Source: Candidatus Latescibacterota bacterium
GTDB taxonomy: Bacteria; Latescibacterota; UBA2968; GCA-2709665
DNA: 64,000 nt
Assembly: GCA_965226795.1 (NCBI GenBank)
Contig: CBDDDZ010000003.1
Coordinates: forward strand, 224,001-288,000
Reading direction: 5' to 3'
The position numbers and the translations under genes are program-made. Positions 29,931 through 40,502 of the stretch are shown here, piece by piece. The notes under the pieces are model-generated. The model had not been told where the DNA came from and made no database searches. It saw nothing but the letters and a program-made list of their open reading frames with translations. Position 1 is the stretch's first letter; every line of letters starts with the position of its first letter.

Positions 29931-32264
29931 TCACTCGATCACGCGGAACAACGCGTGGCGTGAAACAACCTGATCGTTATGCACGTCCCTAACCCGCACC
30001 GACAGGCGGTGCACGCCGGCAGGCACGTGGCTCAGGTCAATCTGCAGATACGTGAAATCATCCTCGCGATCCCCCTCATACCGCGCAGTGATTGTCGTCT
30101 CCACCCCGTCTTTGTTCTTGCCCATCTTCTTGATCCGGCTGGCGATTTCATCCTCATTCGGAAACACATACCTCACCCGGTACGTAACCACCTCTTCTCG
30201 TCCACGTTCGAAAAGGTCTGGGCTCACGTCTCGGCTGGTATTGAGGACTCCCGTCGAATCCTCATCATCATCTGCCGGCAGCCGTGCTCGCCGGCCCATT
30301 TCCCGGGCTCGTCTCTCTTGCTTGCGAGTCACCTCCAATTGCTTACCCCCTTCCGGCAACCGTTGCGCCACGAACAGGTACGGATCGATCTTCTTCTGCT
30401 CCGGCCGGCCGATCCGATACGCGATGTCGTACTCCGTCCGTCCGAATTCGTCCCGCCCCAGATTGTACACCTCCAGGTAGATGAACGCGGGTTCGGACCG
30501 ATGGTAGGTCCGCAGCGGATTTGCCACAATGTCCATGTCCGACCGTCCCTCCGGAAACGGCGTCCGGGTCTCAATCCGTGCGGCCAGTAACAGATCGCTC
30601 ATCCACAACGTAGAATCCACCCCCTCGAATTCGCGGTGCTGCCGGAACGTCCCGATCGATCCCCGGTTCCGGTCCCGCACTTCGCCCACCAGATGGTAGG
30701 CGCCGGGGGAAAGCCCGAACGCGAGCTGAAACACCAGATGACTATTCCGCAGGCTGTCGACAACAGGATACCCGCTGGGCGTTATCTCGGGCCACCTCAG
30801 TTTGAGATCCGACCGCTTCCGATACACTTCGTCCCAGTGCTCGTCAAATAGAAAAACGCCGTTCTCCAGAGCAATGCCCCTGTCTGAATCCGATACGGTC
30901 ACATTGTATTTGGGCAGCGCATATGCCAGTTCCACGCGGAGGCTGTCCCCGTCCTTGAAGCTTACTAACTGATAGGGAATTCTGTATTTGCTGCGCCGGT
31001 ATGGGTCGGCATAGTGAGATGGTGTATGGTCGAACACATATTGACCCGTTATGCGAGTCGTATCGAAACGCCAGGCGTCAAATCCGTCCCAATTGCGAAA
31101 TGTTATTGAAAATCCGTCATAGAACCACGTCTCCAGGTGTGCGTCACCGGGTCTCTCAGATATTCTACGCAGGTATTTTCCGAACTTGATATAAGCCTTG
31201 CCCATAGCCGTCTGCCAGCCGGGAATGCCCTTCAAGCGTCTGCTAAAGCGTAGACTTGCATAAGCCACCCGGCCATAGTGTTCCAGTCTTCTTTCGTTAA
31301 ACTCAGTCAAATACAGCGGATCCCGCTTTTTCCAGAACCGGGAGAGTTCCGGGCTGTCCTTCCACGAAAGTTGCGCGTCTTTTAACTGAACCCGACCCAT
31401 TGTGGGTAGAATGCGTTTTTCTTCCTTTGTGGCGACCAGATCGACAGACTCCATCAGCGCGCTCTCTTCGGGGCTCATCTGGCGAATCGCTTGATCGTAA
31501 AAACGAAAGGCGGTTTCCTGTTTACCAAGGGTTTGATATCCAAAGCCACTAAACAGAAGCGCGTCCTTATCGTCCGGCATCTCCTCCAATAGGTTTCGTG
31601 ATACGCGAATCAAACCCTCCGGGTTACCGCTTTCAAATTGAATCAGCCCCAGATGGTAATAGGCGTCTCTAAATTTTTCATCGATCTTGATACTATGTTC
31701 GAGGTGGTCTATCGCCTTCGTGCGATCTTTTTCGCCAAATTGCATCCAATTAAACGGGTGGCTTGTCTTTGGTTCTCCGGAAAAAATGCGTTCCACGTTA
31801 TCCACATATTGCATGTCGATATATTTCTCAAAGTCTCTAAGGGCATAATATCCCACCATGAATGCTGATTCAGCATTTTCGGGATGGGCATTTGAAATTT
31901 CTTCATATTTCTTTGCCGAATTATACCAGAATCCTTGTTTTCCCAGCAACTCAGCAAGTTTCATTTGATATGTGACGTTTGTGGAATCAAGACGTATCGC
32001 GATGATTAGCGCGTTTCGTGCGCTTTGCCGGTCCATGGGCGTACCCAGGGACATATACAGCTTCGCAATTTCATAGCGCGTGGGCGCGAATTTCCAGTCC
32101 AGCTTCAAGACCTCCTCAAAAGCCTTGATACTAATCTCCGCAGGTACGTGTCCGACCTGTGCCGACGCCTTGCGAAAAAGCGAATCCATTCGGGCATGCT
32201 CTGTCGCGGCGAGTACCTTGCCTGCCGCCAGCAGCACTATCATAAGGACCACGATATGTTTCAC
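29931..32264 (-). CDS. Secreted TPR + GWxTD domain protein 2
   Basis: FWKKRDPLYLTEFNERRLEHYGRV...GWQTAMGKAYIKFG; probable GTG start at 32264 with signal peptide. Confidence 0.82.
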   Translation of the reverse strand: MKHIVVLMIVLLAAGKVLAATEHARMDSLFRKASAQVGHVPAEISIKAFEEVLKLDWKFAPTRYEIAKLYMSLGTPMDRQSARNALIIAIRLDSTNVTYQMKLAELLGKQGFWYNSAKKYEEISNAHPENAESAFMVGYYALRDFEKYIDMQYVDNVERIFSGEPKTSHPFNWMQFGEKDRTKAIDHLEHSIKIDEKFRDAYYHLGLIQFESGNPEGLIRVSRNLLEEMPDDKDALLFSGFGYQTLGKQETAFRFYDQAIRQMSPEESALMESVDLVATKEEKRILPTMGRVQLKDAQLSWKDSPELSRFWKKRDPLYLTEFNERRLEHYGRVAYASLRFSRRLKGIPGWQTAMGKAYIKFGKYLRRISERPGDAHLETWFYDGFSITFRNWDGFDAWRFDTTRITGQYVFDHTPSHYADPYRRSKYRIPYQLVSFKDGDSLRVELAYALPKYNVTVSDSDRGIALENGVFLFDEHWDEVYRKRSDLKLRWPEITPSGYPVVDSLRNSHLVFQLAFGLSPGAYHLVGEVRDRNRGSIGTFRQHREFEGVDSTLWMSDLLLAARIETRTPFPEGRSDMDIVANPLRTYHRSEPAFIYLEVYNLGRDEFGRTEYDIAYRIGRPEQKKIDPYLFVAQRLPEGGKQLEVTRKQERRAREMGRRARLPADDDEDSTGVLNTSRDVSPDLFERGREEVVTYRVRYVFPNEDEIASRIKKMGKNKDGVETTITARYEGDREDDFTYLQIDLSHVPAGVHRLSVRVRDVHNDQVVSRHALFRVIE

Positions 32265-33219
32265 AGCCTTGACCTTCTGGTAATATGTCGAGGAACTCAA
32301 AGCGCCCGTTTGTGAAACCATCAATCGCATTGAAACGAACAAGCGGTGTATGCCTGCGCCCACAGTCTCCGTCATTTCACCACGAACCCCGCATCCGGAA
32401 GCACCTCTGACCACAGTTTATATCAATAACCGCTACCTGCAGCACCTGCCGTCAGTCGTTTTGCTGTCCCAGTTGTAGCGCCTCGTACCCACTTCAGCCG
32501 GTTCCGTCCCCATCTGCACGTATGCCCCTCAACCCGTGAGACATCCCAGGCGGACCATCCCCTGGCCGAACTTTCGCTCAAAGAGAAAAAATTGCGATCG
32601 CAATAACCATAGGGTGCTTTAGCCAATTCATAACGAACGCTTCCTGGATGAATCGCAAAATCAGCCTCTGCGTTCGCCTATCCTGTGCGCGAAACAACAC
32701 CTCTTGCACGCATTTCGGAACAGAAGGCATCTCCGATTCACCATTGCTCCGAAACCGGATACCTGCATTCGTCTCTGCCGGTACAAAAGACACAGGCCAC
32801 GCCGGGCGGGTTCAATAAATCTGAAATGCGACTACGGATATATAAGAAAAAGGAGGTTATTTTGCGTAATGCGGCACAAATGACCTGCCAGCGTACGATT
32901 CTACTTCGGATTCAAATTGGATAGGAAAGCGTATCGGTAGGTGGATCCGATAGTCCTGCGGAAGGCGGCCAACGTGGCAATATCTTGGCGCCACATCAGG
33001 CAGGGACGGAAGCGGATTCCGACCAGCGAGCACTGTGGTGGCGGATGACTGGCGGGAGCAATTGACGAATGGCAGTGGACCTGCCCAAGCCCCCCGCGAC
33101 TGTTAGCGAAGGTGCCTCAACAGGATTTGTGGAATGGGACTGCCGGGCGCAAGAGAAGAGAGAAGCGGCGGGGCAAAATCGAAGGAATTGCCAAGCGAGG
33201 GAATAATCTATGTTTTAAT

Positions 33220-33579
33220 TGGTGGAGGCGGCGGGAATCGAACCCGCGTCCGGAAGCAAATCAACGACAGCCTCTACGTGTGTAGTTTACCCTTTGAATC
33301 TCACGCGCAGGCGCCCCGGTAAACGGGGTTGCCAGCGCGCCAGCTCGATTAAATCTCGCTCTCGCACCCTCAAGCGGAGGTCCGGGAGCCAGCCTGCATA
33401 AGTCGGCGCCCCGCGCGGGCCCTGAAGGCGAGGCCCGTCGGAACGGGCTGCGTTTTAGTTACGCAGCCATTGCGTACGTATTGTCCGCAATTATATGGGT
33501 TTCCCACAGTTTAACGAGGTTATGGGACCTCGACACGCAGCCATCGCCTCTCCACCCCCGTCGAATCCAGGTCGCCCCC
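33220..33579 (-). ncRNA. ssrA: tmRNA; tag peptide (A)ADNTYAMAA at 33488-33459
   Basis: 5' GGGGGCGACCTGGATTCGAC; 3' GGTTCGATTCCCGCCGCCTCCACCA; G3:U alanine acceptor pair; 360 nt. Confidence 0.97.
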
Positions 33580-33759
33580 ACACAGTAGTGTTCTGTCCCG
33601 GGCAGCCTGGTCGCCCGAACCGCTCGAAATATAGCCCGTTAGCCTGGCGCTGTCAAGCAGGTCCGTGCTTTCGGACCCTATAACGGGGGCAGGTCGGTCG
33701 GATATCAACTGAGAGGCCTGATGCCGTGGCGGTCACTGCGCGTGCTCGGGCACAGGGTT

Positions 33760-34055
33760 CCGCCGCTTCGGCCCGGCCCGTCATCAGAACAATGCCCGCG
33801 CCGAAGAGCATAGAGAAAATCGTCATGAACTTCTGGTCGGCGAGCATCCGGCCCGCGACCCAGACGTAGAGGTTCGCGCCGGTGAAGTCGCCGTAGGCAG
33901 TTGGGTTGAAGTACGCTGCCTGGGGCATGGAGAACGCCTGGATGTTCATTACGAGGATGCCGAGCAGGGCAACTCCACGCAGGACGTCGATCGAGTGGAT
34001 ACGCACGGTCCCGGGGGACGGACGCGGCGCCAGAACCCTCGGCGGGATTAATCAT
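33760..34055 (-). pseudogene. DUF418/YeiB membrane protein, frameshifted and truncated N-terminal fragment
   Basis: RIHSIDVLRGVALLGILVMNI...KFMTIFSMLFGAG; ATG 34055 is out of frame across a C5 run; similarity ends after about 85 aa. Confidence 0.75.
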
Positions 34056-34072
34056 CGTGGCGTCTCCGGCCA

Positions 34073-34699
34073 TCATCCCCTGGCCTCGTCCGGCGCGTCT
34101 ACCGGTAGAAAAGGCGACTCCGCCAGCCACCAGTTCACGGGCAGCGGCCAACCCAGCGCCCGGTACACCGTTTCGCAGACCCTTTGATTACGCTCGGTCA
34201 TGACGGGAAGGAATCCCAGGCTGAGATACGTCTTGATAGCCGCAAGCTGGAGGTTCTCCGCCGTCACCCGGAGCGTGGTCAACGTCGAGTTGAGATAACC
34301 GCGCCGGCGTTGAGACTGAAGCACCGCCGCGCACACGCGTAATCCGAGTCCGGCGCCACGGTGCCCGGGACGAACGCACACATAGTCGAGCTGTCCCCAG
34401 GCCGGATCCACTTCCTCACGCCGCGTGGCGAAGCACAGCGCCGTCAGTTGGCCATCAGTCTCGACCACGCGCGACCCGACCCACCTGTCCGGCGCATCCA
34501 GGTATTCCGTCATCCCGGTCGCGTCAAAAGGGGTCCACCCCACGCCGGCGGATACCATCAGTTCGGGCAGATGAACCTCGTCGCCCGGTCTCAGCTTCCG
34601 CAAATGGTAACCGTGAGGGTACGATCGGTCGGGCAATCTGCCGATTGCCTCGGCGGAGATATTCATGCGTATCTGAAGGCTATAATCCATAGCACCCAT
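34073..34699 (-). CDS. GNAT family N-acetyltransferase
   Basis: VCVRPGHRGAGLG, AIKTYLSLGF. Confidence 0.85.
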   Translation of the reverse strand: MGAMDYSLQIRMNISAEAIGRLPDRSYPHGYHLRKLRPGDEVHLPELMVSAGVGWTPFDATGMTEYLDAPDRWVGSRVVETDGQLTALCFATRREEVDPAWGQLDYVCVRPGHRGAGLGLRVCAAVLQSQRRRGYLNSTLTTLRVTAENLQLAAIKTYLSLGFLPVMTERNQRVCETVYRALGWPLPVNWWLAESPFLPVDAPDEARG

Positions 34700-34720
34700 C
34701 CGGAAAGACCACCCCTTAAA

Positions 34721-34850
34721 TCGGTGAGAGGGGAGACGTTAGACGACCCCGCGGCTCCCACCTTTGGTTTTCGCCATTTCTCATGTCTCACGGCTTACTT
34801 CTTACTGCTTTTGATGCGGGGAGAGGTGAGACGGTAGACGGGAGAGGGCC
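34721..34850. repeat. Degenerate heptamer (GTGAGAC/GTCTCAC-like) palindromic element, copy 2
   Basis: Resembles 4611-4710; further remnants around 38671-38925. Confidence 0.5.
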
Positions 34851-34913
34851 CCGTCACAACCTACCGGACATCGATACGGCTTGGCGATATTAGGTCGCGG
34901 TCGCCTGCATTTC

Positions 34914-34937
34914 GTAGGGGCGGTTCGTGAACCGCCC
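34914..34937 (+). repeat. GTAG-type REP
   Basis: GTAG-GGGCGGTTC-GT-GAACCGCCC. Confidence 0.75.
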
Positions 34938-35020
34938 GTCCGGCGCGCGGGGTGAAACAGCGTTTAACCTTCAGGGTACAGCAGTCAGCCAAAAAATCAA
35001 TAGGGAAAAACCAAATTCAA

Positions 35021-35275
35021 CATCTCCCCAAATTCCCTGCCTCCGGCGGGTTCCTTTTGAAGCGACCAAAAGGAACCAAAAGTCGCCGCTAGGCGCGGGG
35101 CCGTTCATATACATTGCGCGAATTACGTCACGGGACCCACCGGATCCGCTGCCCTGCCAACCCCGGTGGATACCGTAATTTGGTGCAGGACGGAACAACG
35201 CGCCCTGTTCTGGTAGTGCTCCGGATAGCCATCGCGTTAGACAAGCGCGTGGCTACCTGGTTGCGAGCAGTAATT
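35021..35275 (-). repeat. Structured dispersed element, subfamily A copy 3
   Basis: Reverse complement core CCGTCCTGC-N28-CAGGGC-N16-CCCGTGACGTAATTCGCG; 3' part nearly identical to A2. Confidence 0.85.
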
Positions 35276-35362
35276 GGCTATCAGCAGATTGCGGTCAGCC
35301 TACACCGGTAAACGACACGGAGACACGATGTCAATCAACGAAATTTAAATTTTCATTTGCTC

Positions 35363-35387
35363 GGGCAACCACAAGGGTTGCCCCCAT
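35363..35387 (-). repeat. REP palindrome (degenerate GTAG)
   Basis: GGGCAACC-ACAAG-GGTTGCCC; same sequence at 51909-51932. Confidence 0.65.
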
Positions 35388-35430
35388 AAACCAAACGGGA
35401 CACGAGTGGATTCGCGGCTTTTCGCATTGG

Positions 35431-35695
35431 CCTCTCACCCGACCGGTTGTGGCGTGGGGGGTTTTTCCGTGTCATTCCGTACATCTCCGTAGGCCGGGAG
35501 TTCCGAGAGGGCTTGTAGGCCACCCAATCCCATTTTGCGCCCATGAGACGATTCACGGAAAAACCGGCCCCGCGCCGAGCGGCCTGCCTGCGCCGAGCCG
35601 TGCTCGGCAGGCAGGCGCGGTTCTTTTTGGTCCTTTTTCTTACGCGAATAAGAAAAAGGACGAAGAAGAAGAAAAGTTGGTTTGAGAAGTATAGC
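35431..35695 (+). repeat. Structured dispersed element, subfamily B copy 2
   Basis: GGTTTTTCCGTG/CACGGAAAAACC stem; CCGTACATC-N30-TAGGCC; terminal hairpin; nested 33-bp palindrome. Confidence 0.85.
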
Positions 35696-35913
35696 CTGTG
35701 ACCGCTCGGTACGCAGTTCCATGCAAGAATCGACCGCTAACGGCTGGATCTCGGGGTGGCCTTCTCACGTCTTCCCTTTTCCGGCTTCTTTCCGACAGTT
35801 GACGGGTTTCGTGGATTCGATTAAATTAAAGTAACGCGTACCGCGTGCAAAATGGAAACGACCGGGCACGAACTCACGACGAATACAGGGCAACAATCGA
35901 AAAAGGGGAATAT

Positions 35914-37587
35914 ATGGCGCTGAATAAGTACAGCTCCCGGATAACGCAGGTGAAGTCCCAGGGGGCTTCACAGGCGATGTTGTACGGAACCGGAATGACC
36001 GAAGCGGATATGGACAAGGCGCAGGTTGGCATCGCCAGCATGTGGTACGAGGGCAATACCTGCAATATGCACCTGCTGGACCTTTCGGCAAAGGTGAAGC
36101 AGGGCGTGAATGCGGCCGGTCTGCTGGGAATGCGTTTCAACACTATTGGCGTGAGCGACGGGATTTCAATGGGAACGGAAGGCATGAGTTTTTCGCTTCA
36201 GTCGCGGGACCTCATCGCGGATTCAATCGAGACGGTGATGGGCGCCCAGTGGTACGACGCCAACATATCCCTCCCGGGCTGCGATAAGAACATGCCCGGC
36301 TGTGTGATGGCCATGGGGCGGTTGAACCGGCCGTCTCTGATGGTTTACGGAGGTACCATCAAGCCGGGTTTCCGTGACCACAAAAAGCTCGACATCGTGT
36401 CCGCCTTCCAGAGTTACGGTGAGTACCTGGCGGGCGAATTGGACGACGAGGCGAGGAAGGGCGTGGTGCAGCACGCCTGTCCGGGGGCCGGAGCGTGCGG
36501 CGGGATGTACACCGCGAATACGATGGCGTCCGCCATTGAGGCCTTGGGCATGTCGCTGCCCTATAGCTCTTCGACGCCCGCAGTAGACAAGGGTAAGCTG
36601 GAGGAGTGCTTCCAGTCCGGCGCGGCCATCCGGAACTTGCTCGAGCAGGATATCAAACCCCGGGACATTATGACCCGCGAGGCGTTCGAGAACGCGATAG
36701 TTGTGGTGATGGCCCTCGGCGGGTCGACCAACGCGGTGCTGCACATGATCGCAATCGCGAAGTCGGTGGGCGTGTCGCTGACGATTGACGATTTTCAGTC
36801 GGTGAGCGACCGGGTGCCATTGTTGGCGGACTTCAAGCCCAGCGGGCTGTATGTCATGGAAGATCTGCACACCGTGGGCGGAACGCCCGGCGTGATGAAG
36901 GTTCTGCTGGAGAACGGCCTGCTGAATGGAGACTGTCTGACGGTAACGGGCAGGACGATTGCGGAGAACCTCGCGGAGTTGCCCGGACTGGACGAGGGAC
37001 AGCAGGTGGTTCGGCCGATGGACCGGCCGATCAAAGCCACGGGGCATCTGCGGATTCTACGGGGCAACTTGGCGCCCGAGGGCGCGGTGGCCAAAATTAC
37101 GGGCAAAGAAGGAGTGCGGTTCGCCGGGCCCGCGATGGTGTTCGACCGGGAGGAGGATCTCCTCGGAGCGGTGGAACGAAACGAGATGAAGAAGGGATGT
37201 GTAGTCGTAATCCGTTACGAGGGACCCACGGGTGGACCGGGCATGCCGGAGATGCTCACGCCCACGTCGGTGATAATGGGCGCGGGCCTGGGCAATGACG
37301 TGGCGCTGATTACGGACGGACGTTTTTCGGGCGGTTCGCACGGTTTCGTCGTGGGGCATATTACGCCCGAAGCCCAGGAGGGTGGAGCGATCGCCCTGAT
37401 CGAAAATGGGGACGTGATTACAATTGACGCGGAAACCAACGAGATCAACGTGAACCTGAGCGACGAGGAACTGGCGAAACGACGTGCGGCCTGGGTGGCC
37501 CCGCCATACAAAGCCACCCAGGGGACGCTTTACAAATATATCAAGACCGTGACCACGGCTTCCGAGGGTTGCGTGACGGACGAGTGA
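35914..37587 (+). CDS. ilvD: Dihydroxy-acid dehydratase
   Basis: [50 protein letters not shown]. Confidence 0.97.
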   Translation: MALNKYSSRITQVKSQGASQAMLYGTGMTEADMDKAQVGIASMWYEGNTCNMHLLDLSAKVKQGVNAAGLLGMRFNTIGVSDGISMGTEGMSFSLQSRDLIADSIETVMGAQWYDANISLPGCDKNMPGCVMAMGRLNRPSLMVYGGTIKPGFRDHKKLDIVSAFQSYGEYLAGELDDEARKGVVQHACPGAGACGGMYTANTMASAIEALGMSLPYSSSTPAVDKGKLEECFQSGAAIRNLLEQDIKPRDIMTREAFENAIVVVMALGGSTNAVLHMIAIAKSVGVSLTIDDFQSVSDRVPLLADFKPSGLYVMEDLHTVGGTPGVMKVLLENGLLNGDCLTVTGRTIAENLAELPGLDEGQQVVRPMDRPIKATGHLRILRGNLAPEGAVAKITGKEGVRFAGPAMVFDREEDLLGAVERNEMKKGCVVVIRYEGPTGGPGMPEMLTPTSVIMGAGLGNDVALITDGRFSGGSHGFVVGHITPEAQEGGAIALIENGDVITIDAETNEINVNLSDEELAKRRAAWVAPPYKATQGTLYKYIKTVTTASEGCVTDE

Positions 37588-37656
37588 ACGAAGGTCCGGT
37601 CGTCATTACATCAGCCGGGGGAGCGATGTGGTCACGAAACCCTGCGCTTAGCCGCT

Positions 37657-37711
37657 CGCTGAGCTTGCGGTCCCTGAGCCTGTCGAAGGGTCGGCGAAGT
37701 GTAACGAAGGA
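37657..37711. repeat. Family D fragment
   Basis: CTGAGCTTGCGGTCCCTGAGCCTGTCGAAGGGTCG is the reverse complement of about 28567-28601. Confidence 0.7.
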
Positions 37712-37899
37712 TGTGGATTCTAAGTCCGCAATGTCTGGAATATGAGAGTGATCTACCTCGCATGGCAGATTCCGCAGACACCGTCTGCAGAATTATTGCC
37801 GGCTGGTATTACGCGCCTGTCAGAAGGTAAAGAACCCGGGACAGAGAACGAAGGGATGAACGAAAAGACCGTGTAGCGACGAGAGGAAAACCATCAAAC

Positions 37900-38292
37900 A
37901 TGAGCTTGACACCCGAGCCTTCAGCCGTCCACGAAACCGGGGCAACGCCACCTTTTGATTGGGAAACCTTTTGCCGGTACGTGAGGAATAGGGGAAGGAT
38001 AGTATACAACGTGTCGTGGAGACACAGGTGTGAGTTGGAGTTGAAGCTGCCCTTGAGTTTTCTTATTGTGAACCTGATTGTTCGCAAGCTTGAACTGATC
38101 GTGCTGGCGGTGACCGTCTACCTGACTTTCACTGGTGTGTGGCTATACAGCATTGTTGGCTTCCTTATCTGGTACATATTCCTTTTCCCATTGAAGAGAA
38201 AAAGCGTAGCTGCTTCTATTACGCTCCACGCTGCGGAAGATCGTGAATACTTCGATCTGGCCAGTGAGCTTGGGACCCTTCGGTTGGAATAA
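37900..38292 (+). CDS. Hypothetical membrane protein
   Basis: 130 aa, central hydrophobic hairpin, GAGG RBS, AT-richer than neighbours. Confidence 0.55.
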   Translation: MSLTPEPSAVHETGATPPFDWETFCRYVRNRGRIVYNVSWRHRCELELKLPLSFLIVNLIVRKLELIVLAVTVYLTFTGVWLYSIVGFLIWYIFLFPLKRKSVAASITLHAAEDREYFDLASELGTLRLE

Positions 38293-38480
38293 CGAATAAT
38301 AACCTTAATTCGCCTTAAACCTGATGCAAGCATGTCGGGGGCATGATGCCCGTCTTCCCTGCATAAGTCGCGCCGAGCGGCGCGGTTCACAAAAAGCAAC
38401 CAGCGAACAGTTGTCAGCAGTCAGCCAAGAGCAAGAACAAACACCGAAAATCAATCCTGACACGTGAGACAGCGCAAAGC

Positions 38481-38668
38481 CGACGGAGAGTGGAAGGGGC
38501 TTTTCCGCGCTGATCCGTCCAGCCACGCGGCCCTACTTGGCCAGATTAGTCAGCAGGGCGCCATTCGTCGTATTTCCCCTGGGGCGATTCGCGGAAAAGC
38601 AGCCCCGCGGCGTCTGAGCGGCGCCCTTCTTTTTCGCCCTTTTTCTTTGGCGATGCAAGAAAAAGGGC
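38481..38668 (+). repeat. Structured dispersed element, subfamily B copy 3
   Basis: GCTTTTCCGCG/CGCGGAAAAGC stem; CCGTCCAGC-N30-CAGGGC; GCCCTTTTTCTT/AAGAAAAAGGGC. Confidence 0.82.
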
Positions 38669-38947
38669 AAGGGAATAAGGGACGTTAGCGGGAGGGGAGA
38701 TTCTATGTGACCCCTTTTTCCTGCCGGCCGGCCGGAACGCAGATCCAAAAAGCCATAAGACGTATGGCGGTCGAAGTGAGAGGATCAATCCGCAACCCTC
38801 CGGTTTCGCGCTCGCTTTGGTAACCCAAGTCTCTATTCGTACAACGACACCCCGGATGCCGGGGTGACATCCAACAAGGTAACATACACCTCTTGCGTCT
38901 TTCCTCTAGCCTCTCACGGCTTTTAGCGATCATTGCGATCGCTTTTT

Positions 38948-40438
38948 CTATTCTGGATTCCCGTGCCGCCGGGCGGTTTGAATGGCGCGACGCCAACGTT
39001 TGAGCAGAGCGTCGCGCTTTTTTTCGGACATGGAGGGTTCGAACGTGCGTTCGGGAGGGTTCAGATCCGAGAGCGCGCCGGGCCCCGTCCAGAAGCCGGT
39101 CGCAAGGCCGGCGAGCATGGCGGCGCCCACGCCTGTGGTCTCCGTGTGGCGGGGACGGATAACCGGTGTACTTAGAATATCGGCCTGGAATTGCATCAGG
39201 AAATCGTTGGCGGAGGCGCCGCCGTCTACGCGCATACCGGCAAGCTGACGCCCTGTGTCCGCGGCCATGGCGTCCACGAGGGCGGCGCTCTGGTAGGCGA
39301 TGGATTCCAGGGCGGCGCGCGCGAGGTGAGCGCGTCCGGTGCCCCTGTTGAGGCCAACGATCGTCCCCCGGGCATCCGTATCCCAGTAGGGCGCGCCGAG
39401 GCCCGTGAAGGCGGGTACCAGGTAGACGCCGCCATTGTCCGGGACGGATCGCGCGAGGGCTTCCGTTTCGGCCGCACGCGCGATCAGACCGAGGCCGTCG
39501 CGTAACCACTGAACGGCCGAGCCGGCGCTGAAAACGGAGCCTTCCAGGGCGAAGGCCGGACCGCCGCGGCTATCGCATGCGAGCGTGGTGAGCAGGCCGT
39601 TCCTCGATGGGACGGCATTGAGGCCTGTGTGGAACAGGACGAAGCAGCCCGTGCCGTAGGTGTTCTTGACGTCGCCCTCGGATACGCCGCGCTGCCCGAA
39701 GAGCGCGGCCTGCTGGTCTCCCGCGATGCCGGCAATGGGGATGCCATCCGGCAGCGGACCAGCGCCCGCGGTACTGCCGAACACATGAGCGGAGGGGTGA
39801 ACCTCCGGGAGGATGGCCCGCGGAATGTTGAACGCGTCCAGCAGCTCCGCGTCCCATTCCCGTGTGTGGATATTGAAACACATGGTGCGGGAGGCGTTGG
39901 TAAGGTCCGTCGCGTGAACCTTTCCGTTGGTGAGACGGTGGAGGAGATAGGTGTCGATGGTGCCGAAGCAGATGTCGCCCGCTTCCGCCCGGCGACGGAG
40001 TCCGGGTACGTTTTCCAGGAGCCAGACGATTTTGGTGGCGGAAAAGTAGGGGTCTATGACAAGGCCTGTCTTTTCGCGAACCATTTCTTCAAGACCCCGC
40101 TCCCGGTAGCGTCGGCAGATGTCGGCCGTTCGGCGGCACTGCCACACAATGGCGTCGTGGACGGGTTCGCCCGTGCGCCGATCCCACAGGACGGTGGTTT
40201 CTCGCTGGTTGGTGATCCCGATACCCTCAAGGTCGGTCGGGCGCACGCCTGCATCTCGGATCGCATCGGCGATCACGGCGCCGGTAGAACGCCAGATCTC
40301 CTCCGCGTTGTGAGAAACCCACCCGGGTTCCGGGTAGATCTGGCTGAATTCCGCATAGGCGCGGCCGGCAATGTCACCTGAACGGTTGATGACGAGCACC
40401 GTCGTGCCCGTGGTGCCCTGGTCAATGGAAAGGATCAT
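38948..40438 (-). CDS. glpK: Glycerol kinase
   Basis: IDQGTTG, GITNQRET, VWQCRRT, DPYFS, GDQQAALFG, KNTYGTG, PAFTGLGAPYW. Confidence 0.97.
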   Translation of the reverse strand: MILSIDQGTTGTTVLVINRSGDIAGRAYAEFSQIYPEPGWVSHNAEEIWRSTGAVIADAIRDAGVRPTDLEGIGITNQRETTVLWDRRTGEPVHDAIVWQCRRTADICRRYRERGLEEMVREKTGLVIDPYFSATKIVWLLENVPGLRRRAEAGDICFGTIDTYLLHRLTNGKVHATDLTNASRTMCFNIHTREWDAELLDAFNIPRAILPEVHPSAHVFGSTAGAGPLPDGIPIAGIAGDQQAALFGQRGVSEGDVKNTYGTGCFVLFHTGLNAVPSRNGLLTTLACDSRGGPAFALEGSVFSAGSAVQWLRDGLGLIARAAETEALARSVPDNGGVYLVPAFTGLGAPYWDTDARGTIVGLNRGTGRAHLARAALESIAYQSAALVDAMAADTGRQLAGMRVDGGASANDFLMQFQADILSTPVIRPRHTETTGVGAAMLAGLATGFWTGPGALSDLNPPERTFEPSMSEKKRDALLKRWRRAIQTARRHGNPE

Positions 40439-40502
40439 TCAGACGCCCTCTGCGCTGTCTCGGTTTGAGATCGGGAGGAGTCGTTGGCGCGTCGCTGTTT
40501 CC

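Noticed and set aside
16163..33220. Intact prophage or ICE at ssrA
   Set aside because: No integrase, phage or conjugation genes and no att duplication found by eye.
33220..33295. tRNA gene
   Set aside because: It is the 3' tRNA-like domain of tmRNA; the matching 5' end and tag frame are present.
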